Of a stretch of 64,000 bases of DNA, positions 49,540-58,912 are shown piece by piece. Positions within the stretch are counted from its first letter, which is position 1. Every line of letters begins with the position of its first letter. The position numbers and the translations under genes were made by a program. This DNA is from an uncultured Chitinophagaceae bacterium (GTDB taxonomy: Bacteria; Bacteroidota; Bacteroidia; Chitinophagales; Chitinophagaceae), in NCBI GenBank assembly GCA_964412885.1, contig CAYPQN010000002.1, positions 83,131-147,130 on the forward strand. Reading direction: 5' to 3'. The notes beneath the pieces were generated by a model, which saw only the letters and a program-made list of their open reading frames with translations, ran no database searches and was not told where the DNA came from.

Positions 49540-49923
49540 ATGATCTCAACTGAACCCATTTCTCCTACAAAATTCGGACAAACCCGTACCGGCCACCGTA
49601 GCTGCCCCCTACCCTCTCCCTCCATCCATTTCCCTCCCGCGGCCCAGGGTCGCCAACTCAGAATTCCGTCCCTTTTTCAGCGCCTTGCCGCCATTCTTTT
49701 TTTTCTATCCCTCTCTTTTCCGGCTATGGCCCAGGAATCCCAGCCTGAGATGGCGGACCTGCTCCGTTCCAGCGGCAAAATATATGTGGTTGTTCTGGTG
49801 ATCCTCACCATATTTGCCGGAATTATCCTATATATGTTCCGGCTGGAAAAGAATATAAGCCGACTGGAAAACCAGATCCCTAAAGAAGAATCCAATCCAT
49901 TCCCACACAAATCTAATCCATGA
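49540..49923 (+). CDS. CcmD-like small membrane protein (Bacteroidota alternative CcmD type)
   Basis: [43 protein letters not shown] matches the pattern I recall for this family. A signal-like [17 protein letters not shown] lies upstream and has no nearby start codon. The ATG at 49540 is the only in-frame start that includes it; the alternative is ATG 49726. Confidence 0.6.
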   Translation: MISTEPISPTKFGQTRTGHRSCPLPSPSIHFPPAAQGRQLRIPSLFQRLAAILFFLSLSFPAMAQESQPEMADLLRSSGKIYVVVLVILTIFAGIILYMFRLEKNISRLENQIPKEESNPFPHKSNP

Positions 49924-51356
49924 TAGAAGCCACCACTGCCCATAGTCCCAAAATCCCCTACAGTTTCTTTCAAGGGGTTCAGCGCAACTTCGACAAGGCC
50001 TCTTCCTATACGCGCTTTGAAAAGGGCATTCTCGAGCAAATCAAGGCCTGCAATTCCGTATACAAAATGAAGTTCCCGGTCCGTATCGGGGATAAGATCG
50101 AAGTCATCGAAGCCTATAGGGTTCAGCATTCCCATCATAAGCTTCCCTGCAAGGGGGGGATCCGCTACAGCCTGGACGTCAACCAGGACGAAGTCATGGC
50201 TTTGGCTGCCCTGATGACTTACAAATGCGCCATTGTCAACGTGCCCTTTGCCGGAGGCAAGGGAGGAATAAAGATCAATCCCAAAAACTATTCCACCTTC
50301 GAGCTGGAAAAGATTACCCGGCGCTATGCCTCGGAACTGGTGAAGAAGAACTTCATAGGTCCCGGACTCGACGTCCCTGCCCCGGATTATGGCACCGGTG
50401 CCCGGGAAATGAGCTGGATTGCCGACACCTATGCCTCCCTAAAACCCGGGGATATCGACGCCCTGGGATGCGTAACCGGAAAGCCCATTAGTCAAGGTGG
50501 GGTAAGAGGGAGAACCGAGGCCACGGGACTGGGCGTGTTCTATGGAATCCGGGAATTCTGCTCCATAGAAGAAGACATGAAGCCCCTGGGCCTTTCCCCC
50601 GGCGTGGAAGGCAAGAAACTGATCATTCAGGGCCTGGGCAATGTGGGCTATCATGCAGCCCATTTTTTCCAGGAAGCCGGAGCCATCCTGGTCGGCATCG
50701 CCGAATACGAAGGGGGGATATACAATCCCCGGGGACTGGACCTCGAATCCGTGATTCAGCACCGAAAGGAAACCGGATCCATTCTGGGTTTCCCGGGAGC
50801 TGTGGATTTCCCTCAAAGCAGCGATACCCTGGAGCAACCCTGCGACATCCTGATTCCTGCCGCCCTGGAGAATGCCATCAACGCCTCCAATGCTTCCCGG
50901 ATCCAGGCCAAGATCATAGGCGAGGCCGCCAACGGTCCGCTCAGCCCCGAGGCTGATGAAATTCTGAATGCCAAGGGCACCAAAATCATCCCCGATATGT
51001 TCCTGAACGCCGGCGGGGTGACCGTTTCGTATTTTGAATGGCTAAAAAACCTGAGCCATGTACGCTTCGGCCGTATGGACAAGCGATTCAGTGAGAATCA
51101 GAACGGATCCATAATAAAAATGGTGGAATCCCTTACCGGAAAGAAGGTGAGCGACCGGGAAAAGACCCAGATTCTCCACGGTCCCGACGAAGTGGACCTG
51201 GTATACTCCGGCCTGGAAGACACCATGATGGGCTCCTATCATGAGATCCGGGAGGCCATGCTCCACCACGGAGTATCCGACATGAGGACGGCAGCTTTCA
51301 TAGTGGCCATAAACAAAGTGGGAGTAGCCTACGAAGAGCTGGGAATATTCCCTTGA
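49920..51356 (+). CDS. Glutamate dehydrogenase (Glu/Leu/Phe/Val dehydrogenase family, GLUD-like ~480 aa)
   Basis: Catalytic Lys motif [10 protein letters not shown], dinucleotide fold [16 protein letters not shown] overlap with the preceding small gene. Confidence 0.9.
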   Translation: MIEATTAHSPKIPYSFFQGVQRNFDKASSYTRFEKGILEQIKACNSVYKMKFPVRIGDKIEVIEAYRVQHSHHKLPCKGGIRYSLDVNQDEVMALAALMTYKCAIVNVPFAGGKGGIKINPKNYSTFELEKITRRYASELVKKNFIGPGLDVPAPDYGTGAREMSWIADTYASLKPGDIDALGCVTGKPISQGGVRGRTEATGLGVFYGIREFCSIEEDMKPLGLSPGVEGKKLIIQGLGNVGYHAAHFFQEAGAILVGIAEYEGGIYNPRGLDLESVIQHRKETGSILGFPGAVDFPQSSDTLEQPCDILIPAALENAINASNASRIQAKIIGEAANGPLSPEADEILNAKGTKIIPDMFLNAGGVTVSYFEWLKNLSHVRFGRMDKRFSENQNGSIIKMVESLTGKKVSDREKTQILHGPDEVDLVYSGLEDTMMGSYHEIREAMLHHGVSDMRTAAFIVAINKVGVAYEELGIFP

Positions 51357-51385
51357 ACCCTGGTAACCGCCGCGAATCGAGTAGG

Positions 51386-51421
51386 AAGAAGCTGCCCTTT
51401 TGAGACAGCCTCTTTTTTTTT
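51386..51421 (+). terminator. Intrinsic terminator after the glutamate dehydrogenase gene
   Basis: AGAAGCTG / CAGCCTCT stem (7 of 8 pairs, 11-nt loop) followed by a run of about ten T. Confidence 0.55.
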
Positions 51422-51434
51422 GTAAGTTTAGCCT

Positions 51435-53240
51435 ATGGTTACACGGTTATTTGAAATCGTTAAACATCGGGCAGAGTCCCGACCGGAGCTGCCCATGCTG
51501 GCCGCCTTCGAGAAAGGGGAATGGAAAACCTATTCGGCAAGGGAAGTCTGGGATCAGTCGCGGAGACTTGCCAGGGGGATGATCCTCCAAGGCCTGGCCG
51601 GGATTCCTGAGTCCGGTCAGGAGCGCCGGAAAATCGGCATCCTCTCTCCCAACCGTCCCGAGTGGATCATCACCGATCTGGCCACTCAGATCAGCGGAAC
51701 CATCCTGACCCCGATTTATCCCACCATAAGCCTCAGTGAACTGGAATACATCCTGGAGGAGACCGCCATCGATACCTTATTTGTTTCCGGACAGGAAGCC
51801 TGGGAAAGATTCCGGTCCCTGAGCGCAACCGGATCCCGGATCCGCCATCTGTACAGTTTCGACCCCTGCGATGGGGCCAGGGACTGGAAAACCTTATTGG
51901 ACACCGGCGATCCCTCTGCTTTCTCCCTCGAGCAGGCACCCACGGAAACCGATCTGGCCACCATCATTTATACATCCGGTACTACCGGCCACCCCAAAGG
52001 GGTGATGCTCACCCACAAAAATATCTGTTCCAATATTCGGAACTGCCTGCCCGAGTTCTGTTTTGCCCGGGAAGGAGACCGTGCCCTGAGCTTTCTTCCC
52101 TTGAATCATATATTCGAGAAAATGGTCTCCTATGTATATCTGCGTTCCGGAGTCTGCATATATTATGCCCGGAGCCTGGAGACCATAGGCGAAGATCTTC
52201 GCGAATTAAAACCCATAGTCTTTACCACGGTTCCCCGTCTCCTGGAAAAGGTCTACGAGCGGATTTTCAATAAGGGGCTGGAACTGAAGGGAGTAAAAAG
52301 GTGGCTGTTTTTTTGGGCCCTCCGTCTGGGGAATCGATTCGACAATCAGGAAAAAGGAAGCCTGGGCTACAGGATCCAGCTCTGGCTGGCCAATCAGCTC
52401 ATCTTTTCCAAATGGAGGGCTGCCCTGGGAGGGCAGGTTAAAGCCATAGTGACCGGATCGGCGGCCTGCCAACTGCGGCTGATCCGCCTGTTCAGCGCAG
52501 CCCGAATCGTGATCATGGAAGGTTATGGACTCACCGAAACCTCGCCGGTAATCTCCGTGAATAAATATCATTCTGAGGACAGGAAAATGGGCACGGTGGG
52601 ACCGGTGATACCGGGTGTGGAAGTCCGTATATCCCAAGACGGCGAAATCCTTTGCCGGGGAGAAAATGTCATGGTCGGCTACTACCGTCAGCCCGCACTT
52701 ACCCGCGAGGTCTTAGATGATCAGGGATGGTTGCATACCGGAGATATGGGCACCTGGGTCGAGGGCCGGTTCCTGAAAATCACCGACCGAAAAAAAGAAA
52801 TGTTCAAAACCTCCGGAGGCAAATACGTGGCGCCCCAGGTTCTGGAAAACAAGATGAAGGAAAGCCTATTCATTGAACAGCTCATGGTCGTAGGAGCGGG
52901 AAGGAAGTTCGTGGCCGCTCTGGTGGTGCCCGCCTTTGCCCAGATCCGCCATTATTTTGAATCCCGACAGGTTCGCCTGCCCGATGAAGCCGGGAAAATG
53001 GCGGAAGCCCTCCCGGTGATCGAACTGATCGCCTCCGAAATCCGGAAAGGCAACCAGCATTTCAGTCATCCGGAGCAGATCAAAAAATTCCTGCTGCTGG
53101 ACCGGGAATGGACTATAGAGCAGGGAGAGCTGACGCCTACAATCAAAGTCAAAAGAGCCGTGATCGAGAAAAAATTTGAATCGCAGATCAATGCCCTTTA
53201 TGCTCCGGAAAGTCCGCTGGGAAATACGGTAGGAGAATAA
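51435..53240 (+). CDS. fadD: Long-chain-fatty-acid--CoA ligase (AMP-forming)
   Basis: AMP-binding signature IIYTSGTTGHPKGVMLTHKN, EGYGLTET, GWLHTGDMG and KTSGGKYVAPQ motifs. 601 aa. Confidence 0.88.
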   Translation: MVTRLFEIVKHRAESRPELPMLAAFEKGEWKTYSAREVWDQSRRLARGMILQGLAGIPESGQERRKIGILSPNRPEWIITDLATQISGTILTPIYPTISLSELEYILEETAIDTLFVSGQEAWERFRSLSATGSRIRHLYSFDPCDGARDWKTLLDTGDPSAFSLEQAPTETDLATIIYTSGTTGHPKGVMLTHKNICSNIRNCLPEFCFAREGDRALSFLPLNHIFEKMVSYVYLRSGVCIYYARSLETIGEDLRELKPIVFTTVPRLLEKVYERIFNKGLELKGVKRWLFFWALRLGNRFDNQEKGSLGYRIQLWLANQLIFSKWRAALGGQVKAIVTGSAACQLRLIRLFSAARIVIMEGYGLTETSPVISVNKYHSEDRKMGTVGPVIPGVEVRISQDGEILCRGENVMVGYYRQPALTREVLDDQGWLHTGDMGTWVEGRFLKITDRKKEMFKTSGGKYVAPQVLENKMKESLFIEQLMVVGAGRKFVAALVVPAFAQIRHYFESRQVRLPDEAGKMAEALPVIELIASEIRKGNQHFSHPEQIKKFLLLDREWTIEQGELTPTIKVKRAVIEKKFESQINALYAPESPLGNTVGE

Positions 53241-53252
53241 TCCCTGCCTGGG

Positions 53253-54731
53253 CTAATATGCCCGGGCAAAAACCACCCTTTGGGTCGACGGGTTTCCGCT
53301 TAGAATACACTTGCCCTCTTCGCGGGGGTTGTTCAAAGGGATGCAGCGTATAGTGGCTTTGGTCAATTCCTTGATCCGGGCCTCGGTTTCCGGACTGCCG
53401 TCCCAGTGCGCCAGCACAAATCCCCCTTTCTCTTCCAGGGTGCGGACAAACGAATCCCAATCATCCACCCGGGTGGTATGCTCCCGCTGAAAGGTTCTTG
53501 CCTGGTCCAGGAGTCGGGCCTGCATAGCCTCCAGCTCCACCTTCAGCCGTTCCCCCAACCCTTCCAGGGGGATAAGTTCCTTCTCCCCGCTATCCCTTCG
53601 GGCCATTTCCACAAGGCCTTTATCGAGGTCTCTGGCCCCCATGGCCAGGCGAAGGGGAACCCCTTTAAGCTCATACTCCGCGTATTTCCATCCCGGACGG
53701 CTGCTCTCATCCAGATCCAGTTTGACGCGGATACCCGATTTTTGAAGGACCTCCGCCTCTTCCTTCAATCTTTGAACGATTTGCTCATTCAAAGTCCCCT
53801 CCTTGCCGTAAACGGGAATCAGCACCACCTGCACAGGGGCCAGACGGGGCGGCATGACCAACCCCTTATCATCTCCATGAGTCATGATCAGTCCCCCGAC
53901 CAGACGAGTGGATACTCCCCAGGAACTGGCCCATACATAATCCATCTTGTTGTCCTTATCCTGGAACTGTACATCAAAAGCCCTGGCGAAGTTCTGCCCC
54001 AGAAAATGCGAAGTCCCGGCCTGCAAGGCCTTGCCATCCTGCATTAAGGCTTCAATGCAGAAGGTCTCTTCGGCACCGGCAAAGCGTTCACTGGCCGTCT
54101 TGACTCCCCGGATCACGGGCATGGCCATGTATTCTTCGGCAAAATCGGCGTATACATGCAGCATGCGCTCTGCCTCCTCCAGGGCTTCCTGCATTTCCGC
54201 ATGAGCGGTATGTCCTTCCTGCCAGAGGAACTCCGCGGTGCGGAGAAACAGCCGGGTGCGCATTTCCCATCTAACGACATTTGCCCATTGATTGATGAGC
54301 AAAGGAAGATCCCGATAGGATTGGATCCATTGCTTATAGGTGCTCCAGATTATAGTCTCCGAGGTCGGTCGGACGATCAGCTCTTCTTCCAGCTTCGCCT
54401 CCGGGTCGACAATTACTCCCTGTCCGTCGGGATCGTTCTTCAGCCGGTAATGAGTGACCACCGCACATTCTTTGGCAAAACCGTCCACATGGGCAGCTTC
54501 CTTGCTGAAAAAGCTCTTTGGTATAAACAGGGGAAAATAGGCATTCTGATGCCCTGTTTCCTTGAATCGCTTATCCAGCTCCTCCTTCATGTTTTCCCAA
54601 AGGGCAAAGCCGTATGGCTTGATCACCATACATCCCCGTACGGAGGAATAATCCGCCAGTCCGCCTTTGAGTACCAGATCATTGTACCATTGGGCATAGT
54701 CCTGTTGACGGGATGTTAATATTTTACTCAT
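53253..54731 (-). CDS. proS: Proline--tRNA ligase (archaeal/eukaryote-like class IIa form)
   Basis: 492 aa. N-terminal [31 protein letters not shown], class II motifs, and a C-terminal Zn-binding-type domain ending ...VVFARAY. Confidence 0.95.
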   Translation of the reverse strand: MSKILTSRQQDYAQWYNDLVLKGGLADYSSVRGCMVIKPYGFALWENMKEELDKRFKETGHQNAYFPLFIPKSFFSKEAAHVDGFAKECAVVTHYRLKNDPDGQGVIVDPEAKLEEELIVRPTSETIIWSTYKQWIQSYRDLPLLINQWANVVRWEMRTRLFLRTAEFLWQEGHTAHAEMQEALEEAERMLHVYADFAEEYMAMPVIRGVKTASERFAGAEETFCIEALMQDGKALQAGTSHFLGQNFARAFDVQFQDKDNKMDYVWASSWGVSTRLVGGLIMTHGDDKGLVMPPRLAPVQVVLIPVYGKEGTLNEQIVQRLKEEAEVLQKSGIRVKLDLDESSRPGWKYAEYELKGVPLRLAMGARDLDKGLVEMARRDSGEKELIPLEGLGERLKVELEAMQARLLDQARTFQREHTTRVDDWDSFVRTLEEKGGFVLAHWDGSPETEARIKELTKATIRCIPLNNPREEGKCILSGNPSTQRVVFARAY

Positions 54732-54828
54732 ATCGTACCGATTCGCTGATTAGGAACAGTGGTTTTTAGGTCAGATGGAGCAAAAGTAGTAATTTCACAA
54801 GGTATAAACACCGAATAAAATCATAGCC

Positions 54829-55809
54829 ATGAAACTCATCCCCTTCATCATCAGCCTGATCCTTTTGGGAGCGCAAGGGGTTTCCTATGCCCAGGAGAAT
54901 CAGCGTTTCTTTGACGATATTTATTATACACCCAGCGATTCCCCCGAGTCTTATCACGAAGAAGAGCATAGCGGGGAAACCCATGATAGGAACCAGGATT
55001 ATCGCGGGCAGGAGGATCCCTATGCTTACGACGGCGAGGAGGATGGATACTATACCCGGCAGATTCATCGATTCTATCGGCCCCATTATTCCTTTGGTTA
55101 TTTTTCCGGGGTGCATGGCTTCTATGATCCCTGGTGGGGACCCTATTGGGCTGGTCCCGGCATTTCCATCCACCTGGGCTGGGGGACCCCCTACTGGGGC
55201 GGATACCCGGCTTGGGGTTACTACCCCTACGGGGGAATGTTCTATCCTTGGGGAGCCTACCCTTACTATGGATATGGAGGAGGCTACTGGCCAGGGTATT
55301 ATCATGGGTTTCATGACGGATACCATGCCGGCGGAGGTTATGGCCGCCAAGTGAATTATGGACCCCGGGTCAACCAGATCAACCCCCGCGCCGGAAGGCC
55401 AGCCCCCCAGAGCCATCAGAACGCCCCCAGAGAAAACAGGGACCTGCGCCAGGCGGTTCCGTTGAGGACCAACCCCCAGGCCACCGAAGGAGGCCGTCCG
55501 GTTCCGTTGCACCGGGATCCGGGTTCTTCAGGCCGTTTTCCGGACCAAAGGAGGGCCAACCCTCAGGGTATCCGCCCTTCTTCCCCTCAAAGGATACAGA
55601 ACAGTCCGCCCATGCGCACCCAGCCCGTCACACCGCCCGCAGGAAGTCGTCGGGCCCCTTCTTCCGGGACCTTCAACCCCGGCAACCAGAGAATGCAGGC
55701 TACCCCTGCCCCTTCGGCACCCCGGTATTCGGCTCCCGCCTCCCGGCCCTCTTCCGGAGGATCAGCGCCTCGCTCATCGGGAGGGCAGCGCTACGGTGGA
55801 CGTCGCTAG
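54829..55809 (+). CDS. Secreted low-complexity protein: acidic/Tyr N-region, Gly/Tyr/Trp/Pro core, Pro/Arg/Ser/Gln tail
   Basis: Signal peptide MKLIPFIISLILLGAQGVSYAQ. In the core at 55123-55344, 56 of 74 residues are G/Y/W/P by my count. No family recognised. Coding status rests on ORF length, the signal peptide and position. Confidence 0.6.
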   Translation: MKLIPFIISLILLGAQGVSYAQENQRFFDDIYYTPSDSPESYHEEEHSGETHDRNQDYRGQEDPYAYDGEEDGYYTRQIHRFYRPHYSFGYFSGVHGFYDPWWGPYWAGPGISIHLGWGTPYWGGYPAWGYYPYGGMFYPWGAYPYYGYGGGYWPGYYHGFHDGYHAGGGYGRQVNYGPRVNQINPRAGRPAPQSHQNAPRENRDLRQAVPLRTNPQATEGGRPVPLHRDPGSSGRFPDQRRANPQGIRPSSPQRIQNSPPMRTQPVTPPAGSRRAPSSGTFNPGNQRMQATPAPSAPRYSAPASRPSSGGSAPRSSGGQRYGGRR

Positions 55810-55936
55810 GTATTTTTTGATGGGCTGATCAGGGAGGCTGGGGCAGAGTTTGGCCCTACTCGACCTGGGGATGCATTTTTTTGCTCTCTCCGTTAAACCC
55901 GCACCCCTTATTTTTTGTCAAAGAGAAAAATGTTTT

Positions 55937-57433
55937 ATGCAGAAGTATCTCCTTATCGGAACACTGGCTATCGCCCAGTGCTGTCTCAGCCCTTCGCTTC
56001 ATGCGCAGGATGAAATGGATATCTATCGCTACTCCCAGACTATGGTCCAGGGAACGGCCCGGTCCTTGGGATTCGGCGGAGCCCTAGGTTCCATAGGTGG
56101 AGATTTCAGCACCCTTTCCGTAAACCCGGCGGGGATAGGCATTTACCGTTCCTCGGAATTCATGTTCAGCCCCTCGCTGAAATTTTTATCCCAGGAGAGT
56201 CAGTATGGAGGCCAGCAGGTCGGTTCCAGCAATGCCCGGTTCAATATCAACAATCTGGGCGGGGTATTCACCAGTATGCCTAAAGGAAAGAGCCGGCAAA
56301 ACAAACCCTGGAAATCCACTTCCTTTGGAATTGGGTTCAACCGGATTGCGGATTTCAACCGGGACAGTCGCTACAAAGGGTACAACCAAACCAGTTCTTA
56401 TTCTGAGATCTTCCTCATCGATGCCATGAACTATCCGGAAGACCTGGAGAATCTCTCCACTCTGGCCGGTCAGGGCTATCAGGCATACATCGTCAACGAA
56501 GACAGCCTGGGATTCTATACCCCCGTGGACTATACCCAGGGATTAATCCAGGAAAAAACCATCAAGGAAAGAGGGGGAATTTCGGAGCTGGTCTTTTCCC
56601 TTGGCGGAAATTACAAGGACCGGCTCATGCTGGGAGCCACCCTGGGCATTCCCTCGGTACGCTATTCCCGGGACACCCGTTTCCGGGAATCCGATGCCAC
56701 GGAAGATCCCAATAACCAGTTCCGGTTTCTGGAACACCGCAAAAACCTGGACATCAGCGGGAGCGGGTTCAATCTGAAACTGGGCATGATTTACCGGGTA
56801 AATGACCAGTTCCGCCTTGGGGCCGCCGTGCATACGCCCACCTATTTCTCCCTTTCCGAAATCGAATCTACTTCCCTGGCCACCAATTTGGACGGCCCGG
56901 CCTATACGCTTCAGTCCGGAGTCGACATTCCCGACAACGTGTTCGATTACGGGGTGACCACCCCATGGAAAGCCGTGCTCAGCGCCTCCCTGCTCATGGG
57001 TCAGCATGGATTTGTTTCCGCGGATTATGAATACGTGGGCTATGGTACAGCCCGCTTCCACTATAGCTCAGAGTTCGATGAATATGAGGACCTGATCAAC
57101 GACCAGATCCGCAGTCGCCTGGGAAGCAGCTCCAATTTCCGCATTGGGGCCGAAGGCCGCATGGATCAATTCATGGGGCGCCTTGGTTTTGGCTATTATG
57201 GATCTCCCTTTAAGGATCAGAATACGGAGTCTCACCGAATGAACTTCTCCGCCGGCCTGGGTTGGCGCTTCGCCAACTGGTTCCTGGATCTGGCTCTGGT
57301 TCATTCCCGGTGGAACCAGTGGGAGCAGCCCTATTCGCTTTATTATCCCTCCGACGGATGGATCGATGTTCCCTCAGCGGAAATGCAGCAGAAATCCAAT
57401 CAGTTTGTCCTGACCACCGGATGGAAATTCTAA
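55937..57433 (+). CDS. FadL/OMPP1-like outer-membrane beta-barrel protein
   Basis: Signal peptide (ATG 55937 checked). The N-terminal GTARSLGFGGALGSIGGDFSTLSVNPAGIG resembles the FadL-family hatch motif. Alternating beta-strand pattern, aromatic C-terminal residue (…TTGWKF). Confidence 0.7.
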   Translation: MQKYLLIGTLAIAQCCLSPSLHAQDEMDIYRYSQTMVQGTARSLGFGGALGSIGGDFSTLSVNPAGIGIYRSSEFMFSPSLKFLSQESQYGGQQVGSSNARFNINNLGGVFTSMPKGKSRQNKPWKSTSFGIGFNRIADFNRDSRYKGYNQTSSYSEIFLIDAMNYPEDLENLSTLAGQGYQAYIVNEDSLGFYTPVDYTQGLIQEKTIKERGGISELVFSLGGNYKDRLMLGATLGIPSVRYSRDTRFRESDATEDPNNQFRFLEHRKNLDISGSGFNLKLGMIYRVNDQFRLGAAVHTPTYFSLSEIESTSLATNLDGPAYTLQSGVDIPDNVFDYGVTTPWKAVLSASLLMGQHGFVSADYEYVGYGTARFHYSSEFDEYEDLINDQIRSRLGSSSNFRIGAEGRMDQFMGRLGFGYYGSPFKDQNTESHRMNFSAGLGWRFANWFLDLALVHSRWNQWEQPYSLYYPSDGWIDVPSAEMQQKSNQFVLTTGWKF

Positions 57434-57458
57434 TCCCTGAATCGGCAATAAAAGAATG

Positions 57459-57495
57459 GCAGGGGCGGCCCAAACTCGCCTCTGCTTCTCTTTTT
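57459..57495 (+). terminator. Intrinsic terminator after the FadL-like gene
   Basis: GCAGGGGCG / CGCCTCTGC 9-bp stem (one G-U pair) with a 9-nt loop, followed by TTCTCTTTTT. Confidence 0.6.
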
Positions 57496-57716
57496 GACTC
57501 TGACCGTTCGGGGAACCGCTTCCTGAGCCCTGGCCCGAAAACCGGTTCATACCCCATCGCGTGGCAGGAGATTGGATGCGCCCCCGAATTTGGCGAATGG
57601 AATCCTCAGGATAATTCCCGGACAGAAGCCCTGGTTTAATCCTTATCTTTGTTCCTTGTTCTCCCATCGGGGCATGGTTCCCCGGAAGAAATTCTCTTTC
57701 ACCACAAAGCGGACTC

Positions 57717-58157
57717 ATGAGGAAAAAAACCATTACCATAGCCTGCTCCATCCTGATCTTTCTGGGTGCCTGCCAGTCCCCGGAAACCCGCCAGCACCCC
57801 CATCACCATGCTCAAGTGGACACCCAGACCCCCCTGGAAACGAATCATGGAGAGAAGTGGAAAGTGAACGAGGAAATGAAACCCTTTGTAAGCCAGGGGG
57901 CCCAATGGGTCAAAGCCTATATCGACGAGGAGAGAACCGATTACAAGCGATTGGCCGATGCCTTGAAAGAGCAGAACGAGCTGCTGATCAAGAATTGCAC
58001 TATGGACGGAAAAAGCCATGATGAATTGCATAAATGGCTCCACCCCCATTTGGAAATGGTTGAAGGCCTAAGGAATTCCCGGGACGAAGACGAGGCCATG
58101 AAGCGAGTCCATGAACTGCATTTTTCCTACCAGAAATACTATGATTATTTCGAGTAG
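57717..58157 (+). CDS. Hypothetical His-rich lipoprotein
   Basis: Lipobox ILIFLGAC, then QHPHHHAQVD, and later HDELHKWLHPH. 146 aa, helical. No family recognised. Confidence 0.55.
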   Translation: MRKKTITIACSILIFLGACQSPETRQHPHHHAQVDTQTPLETNHGEKWKVNEEMKPFVSQGAQWVKAYIDEERTDYKRLADALKEQNELLIKNCTMDGKSHDELHKWLHPHLEMVEGLRNSRDEDEAMKRVHELHFSYQKYYDYFE

Positions 58158-58342
58158 AAATAGGGTGCCCCTTAAGACAGAGGCCCGAACCCAGGGCAAT
58201 TCGTCTACATGGGATAAAGTCACCGGCCTGGTTTGCCGGAATCTGCCCCGCAGAAGATTCTGCCCGGGAATTCCCCGGAAAACCAATGTTCAGTCGCTAT
58301 AATAATCGTAAATTTCCTCTTCTTCCACTAGCCCACTAACCT

Positions 58343-58897
58343 ATGAATCGACTTATCCTTATTTTCCTGACCCTGGTGCTGGCCGGACTGAGTTCCTGCC
58401 ATATCCGGGAACGGGAACAGGCCCTGGCAGAGAAAGAGAAGAGTATTGCCCTGAGAGAAAAAAACCTGATCCTTCGCGAACAGCAGCTCAACCTGCGCGA
58501 GTATGAACTGGAGCAGATGGTCATTGCCTTGGACAGCACCCGCAAGCAGATTGATTCCACCAATATCTATGATGAATCCCTGGTGGGCAAATGGACGGTG
58601 AAAATGCTCTGCCAGGAAACCAGCTGTGAAGGGTCCGCCATTGGGGACACCAGGACCGAGCAATGGGAAATCAAGTACGGGGAAGACAGAATGATCATTG
58701 CCAAGGCATTTTCAGGCAGGAAGTTGGTAAGGATTTATAATGGATACCTGCGAACCGGGGGACTGAGCCTAATGGATGAGAACAATATCCGGGTAGAATT
58801 GAAACGGAGCGGAAAGAACAAGATGGAAGGCATACGGGAAATAACCCCCCCCGGATGCAAGATTGTCTACGCGCTCACTGCGGATAAATCCACCTAA
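58343..58897 (+). CDS. Hypothetical lipoprotein with an N-terminal coiled-coil
   Basis: Lipobox LAGLSSC followed by the heptad-like REQALAEKEKSIALREKNLILREQQLNLREYELEQ. 184 aa. Confidence 0.55.
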   Translation: MNRLILIFLTLVLAGLSSCHIREREQALAEKEKSIALREKNLILREQQLNLREYELEQMVIALDSTRKQIDSTNIYDESLVGKWTVKMLCQETSCEGSAIGDTRTEQWEIKYGEDRMIIAKAFSGRKLVRIYNGYLRTGGLSLMDENNIRVELKRSGKNKMEGIREITPPGCKIVYALTADKST

Positions 58898-58912
58898 GCA
58901 AAACCTCTGGTC

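Noticed and set aside
54766-55512. 248-aa minus-strand ORF opposite the Gly/Tyr/Trp/Pro gene.
   Set aside because: The plus-strand ORF is longer, has a proper signal peptide and sits in a sensible intergenic context. The minus ORF lacks a plausible start context. Because the region is low-complexity, this choice is less certain than for other genes.
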